From: Azolla caroliniana
Taxonomy: Eukaryota; Plantae; Polypodiophyta
Assembly: GCA_043228905.1 (NCBI GenBank)
Contig: JBHGNT010000015.1
Location: 558,001-622,000 of the forward strand
Length of the DNA stretch: 64,000 bases
Direction of reading: 5' to 3'
Part shown: positions 62,194-64,000 of the stretch, piece by piece
How positions within the stretch are numbered: the first letter of the stretch is position 1
Layout of the letters: every line of letters starts with the position of its first letter
Notes under the pieces: model-generated
Told to the model about the DNA's origin: nothing
What the model saw: the letters and a program-made list of their open reading frames with translations, nothing else
The model's database searches: none
Made by a program: the position numbers and the translations under genes

Positions 62194-64000
62194 ATGGTCT
62201 ATAATAGGACTAAGTTTATATCTCCATCAAATGTGGATGCATCGAAAGCACATTGTTTGGAAGCGGACTTAGAAGGGCTTCTTGAGTTTTCCAAGGCTCC
62301 ATCCATCAAAGATATTCTTTGTATGCTTCAAAGATGTAGGAAAAGGAAGAATGTGGTATCAGCAAAGTTTTTGTTTTCATATATTTGTGGCCAAGGGCTC
62401 CTCGATGACAGATCTATCGGTAATCACCTTATTCCACTTTTTGTGGACTGTGGAAGCCTTCGAGATGCCGAAATGGTTTTTAGTAGCTTGTCATATCGTA
62501 ATGAGCATTCGTGGACATCTCTTATCCTTGGTTATGCACAAAGTGAGCAATTACAACATGCTTTTTGTCTTTACCAGAGAATGCAAGAGAATTCCATCCT
62601 CCCTACTAGCTACACATTGGTTGGGCTTTTGCAATCTTGTGCTCAGTTGCAAAATAGTGAATTTGGTCAAGAAATCCATATTGAAGTTGTGCAGAAAGGG
62701 TTCGATGAAGATCTATTCATTCATAGTGCTTTGTTAGATATGTATGTCAAATGTGGATCTATATTGGATGCGCAGAATGTTTTCGACCGAATGTCCAACC
62801 GAGATGTGGTATTATGGACAACATTGATTGCAGGATATGCCATGCATGGACCCATTGAGGATGTACTGAAAAGCTTTGAAAAGATGCAAGATGAGGGGGT
62901 ACTACCAAACACTTTCACATTTTCTTGTGTCTTAAAGGCTTGTGGCAAAACAGAAGCTATAGATGAGGGGCATGGTACGCATATGCATATAACATACAAA
63001 GGGTTCGAAAATGATTTCTTTCTGGGTAAATCAATTGTCTCAATGTATGTGAAATGTGGTGCACTTTCAGATGCATGGGGAGTCTTTACGAAGCTTCCTG
63101 TACAGGATGTTGTGTCATGGACTTCATTATTGGTAGGATATACTGATGATGGTCCTAGTGAAGAAGCATTTAACTGTTTCAAGGAGATGCAAGTGCAGGG
63201 TATACTACCTGATGCTTTTTCCTTCTCAAGCATTTTGAGAGCGTGCAGTAATGCAGGAGCCATAGAGAAGGGGTTTGAAATACATAAGGAAATCATACAT
63301 GAGGGTTTTGAGAAGGATCTTGTTGTCGGAAGTGCATTAGTCAGTATGTATGTCTTATGTGGATCTTTTGTGGAGGCACAAGAAGTGTTTGATGAGTTGC
63401 CTCAGCATTGCGTAGTAGCATGGAATGCTCTCATTGGAGGGTTTGTCGAGTATGGAACTGCTGAGAAAGCATTAGATTCTTTTGATAAAATGCAAGGTGA
63501 TGGAATCTTTCCAGATGCATACACATTTGCCCATGTCCTAAAAGTGTGTGGTCTATTAGGGGCTACAGATAAAGGACAATCCATGTATATGGAGGCTGTA
63601 TTGAAAGGGTTTGAGAGAGAGTGCTTTGTTGGCTCCACTCTAGTTGGTATGTATGTGAAGTTAAGGCTACTTGAAGAGGCACGAGCAGTCTTTGACCAAC
63701 TGGAATTTAAAGAGGTGGTTGCATGGACTGCTCTTATCATGGGCTATGTGGAGCATGGGCCTGCCAATGAAGCATTAGAATGTTTCGAGAATATGCAGAG
63801 TATGGGTATTCCATTGGACAATTTCACATTTGCGAGCATGCTAAAAGCTTGTGGTAGCATGGGAGCCGTTTTGAAGGGTTATGAAATGCACAGGGAGGTT
63901 GTGAAGAAAGGGTTTGAGCTTGATCTATATGTAGGCACATCTTTGCTTGACATGTATGTTAAAAGTGGTTCCCCCCAAGAGGCTCAGGTCATGTTTGACA
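62194..64000 (+). CDS. PLS-class pentatricopeptide repeat protein, 3' end outside window
   Basis: GCCACCATGG start; repeated SALLDMYVKCGS..AQNVFDRM..DVVLWTTLIAGY and PNTFTFSCVLKACG units in one frame to the window end. Confidence 0.93.
   Translation, partial: MVYNRTKFISPSNVDASKAHCLEADLEGLLEFSKAPSIKDILCMLQRCRKRKNVVSAKFLFSYICGQGLLDDRSIGNHLIPLFVDCGSLRDAEMVFSSLSYRNEHSWTSLILGYAQSEQLQHAFCLYQRMQENSILPTSYTLVGLLQSCAQLQNSEFGQEIHIEVVQKGFDEDLFIHSALLDMYVKCGSILDAQNVFDRMSNRDVVLWTTLIAGYAMHGPIEDVLKSFEKMQDEGVLPNTFTFSCVLKACGKTEAIDEGHGTHMHITYKGFENDFFLGKSIVSMYVKCGALSDAWGVFTKLPVQDVVSWTSLLVGYTDDGPSEEAFNCFKEMQVQGILPDAFSFSSILRACSNAGAIEKGFEIHKEIIHEGFEKDLVVGSALVSMYVLCGSFVEAQEVFDELPQHCVVAWNALIGGFVEYGTAEKALDSFDKMQGDGIFPDAYTFAHVLKVCGLLGATDKGQSMYMEAVLKGFERECFVGSTLVGMYVKLRLLEEARAVFDQLEFKEVVAWTALIMGYVEHGPANEALECFENMQSMGIPLDNFTFASMLKACGSMGAVLKGYEMHREVVKKGFELDLYVGTSLLDMYVKSGSPQEAQVMFD

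Overview
Plant nuclear DNA; the spliceosomal genes, PLS-class PPR gene and retroelement types suggest a non-seed plant such as a fern (inference, not proven). 1-13068 is a three-layer nest of LTR retrotransposons: an older Ty3/Gypsy (A, minus strand) carries a near-complete chromovirus (B, 5095-10853, TSD CCAGG) in its gag-protease region and a Ty1/Copia in its 3' LTR. A gene island follows: a 15-exon DUF262/GmrSD-N (ParB/Srx fold) gene with a transit-peptide-like N-terminus, inositol monophosphatase, a convergent FolD, an LNK clock gene, syntaxin SYP71, then decayed Copia DNA, arrays of decayed tRNA-Asp copies split by a palindrome-rich foldback element, and a PPR gene running off the end. 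The most unusual item is the intact, intron-rich homologue of a bacterial restriction/defence-type DUF262 protein, which the ORF track misses. Also notable: a Tf1-like self-priming signal and two -1 frameshift cassettes. All exon models were spliced by hand from GT-AG sites and reading frame.
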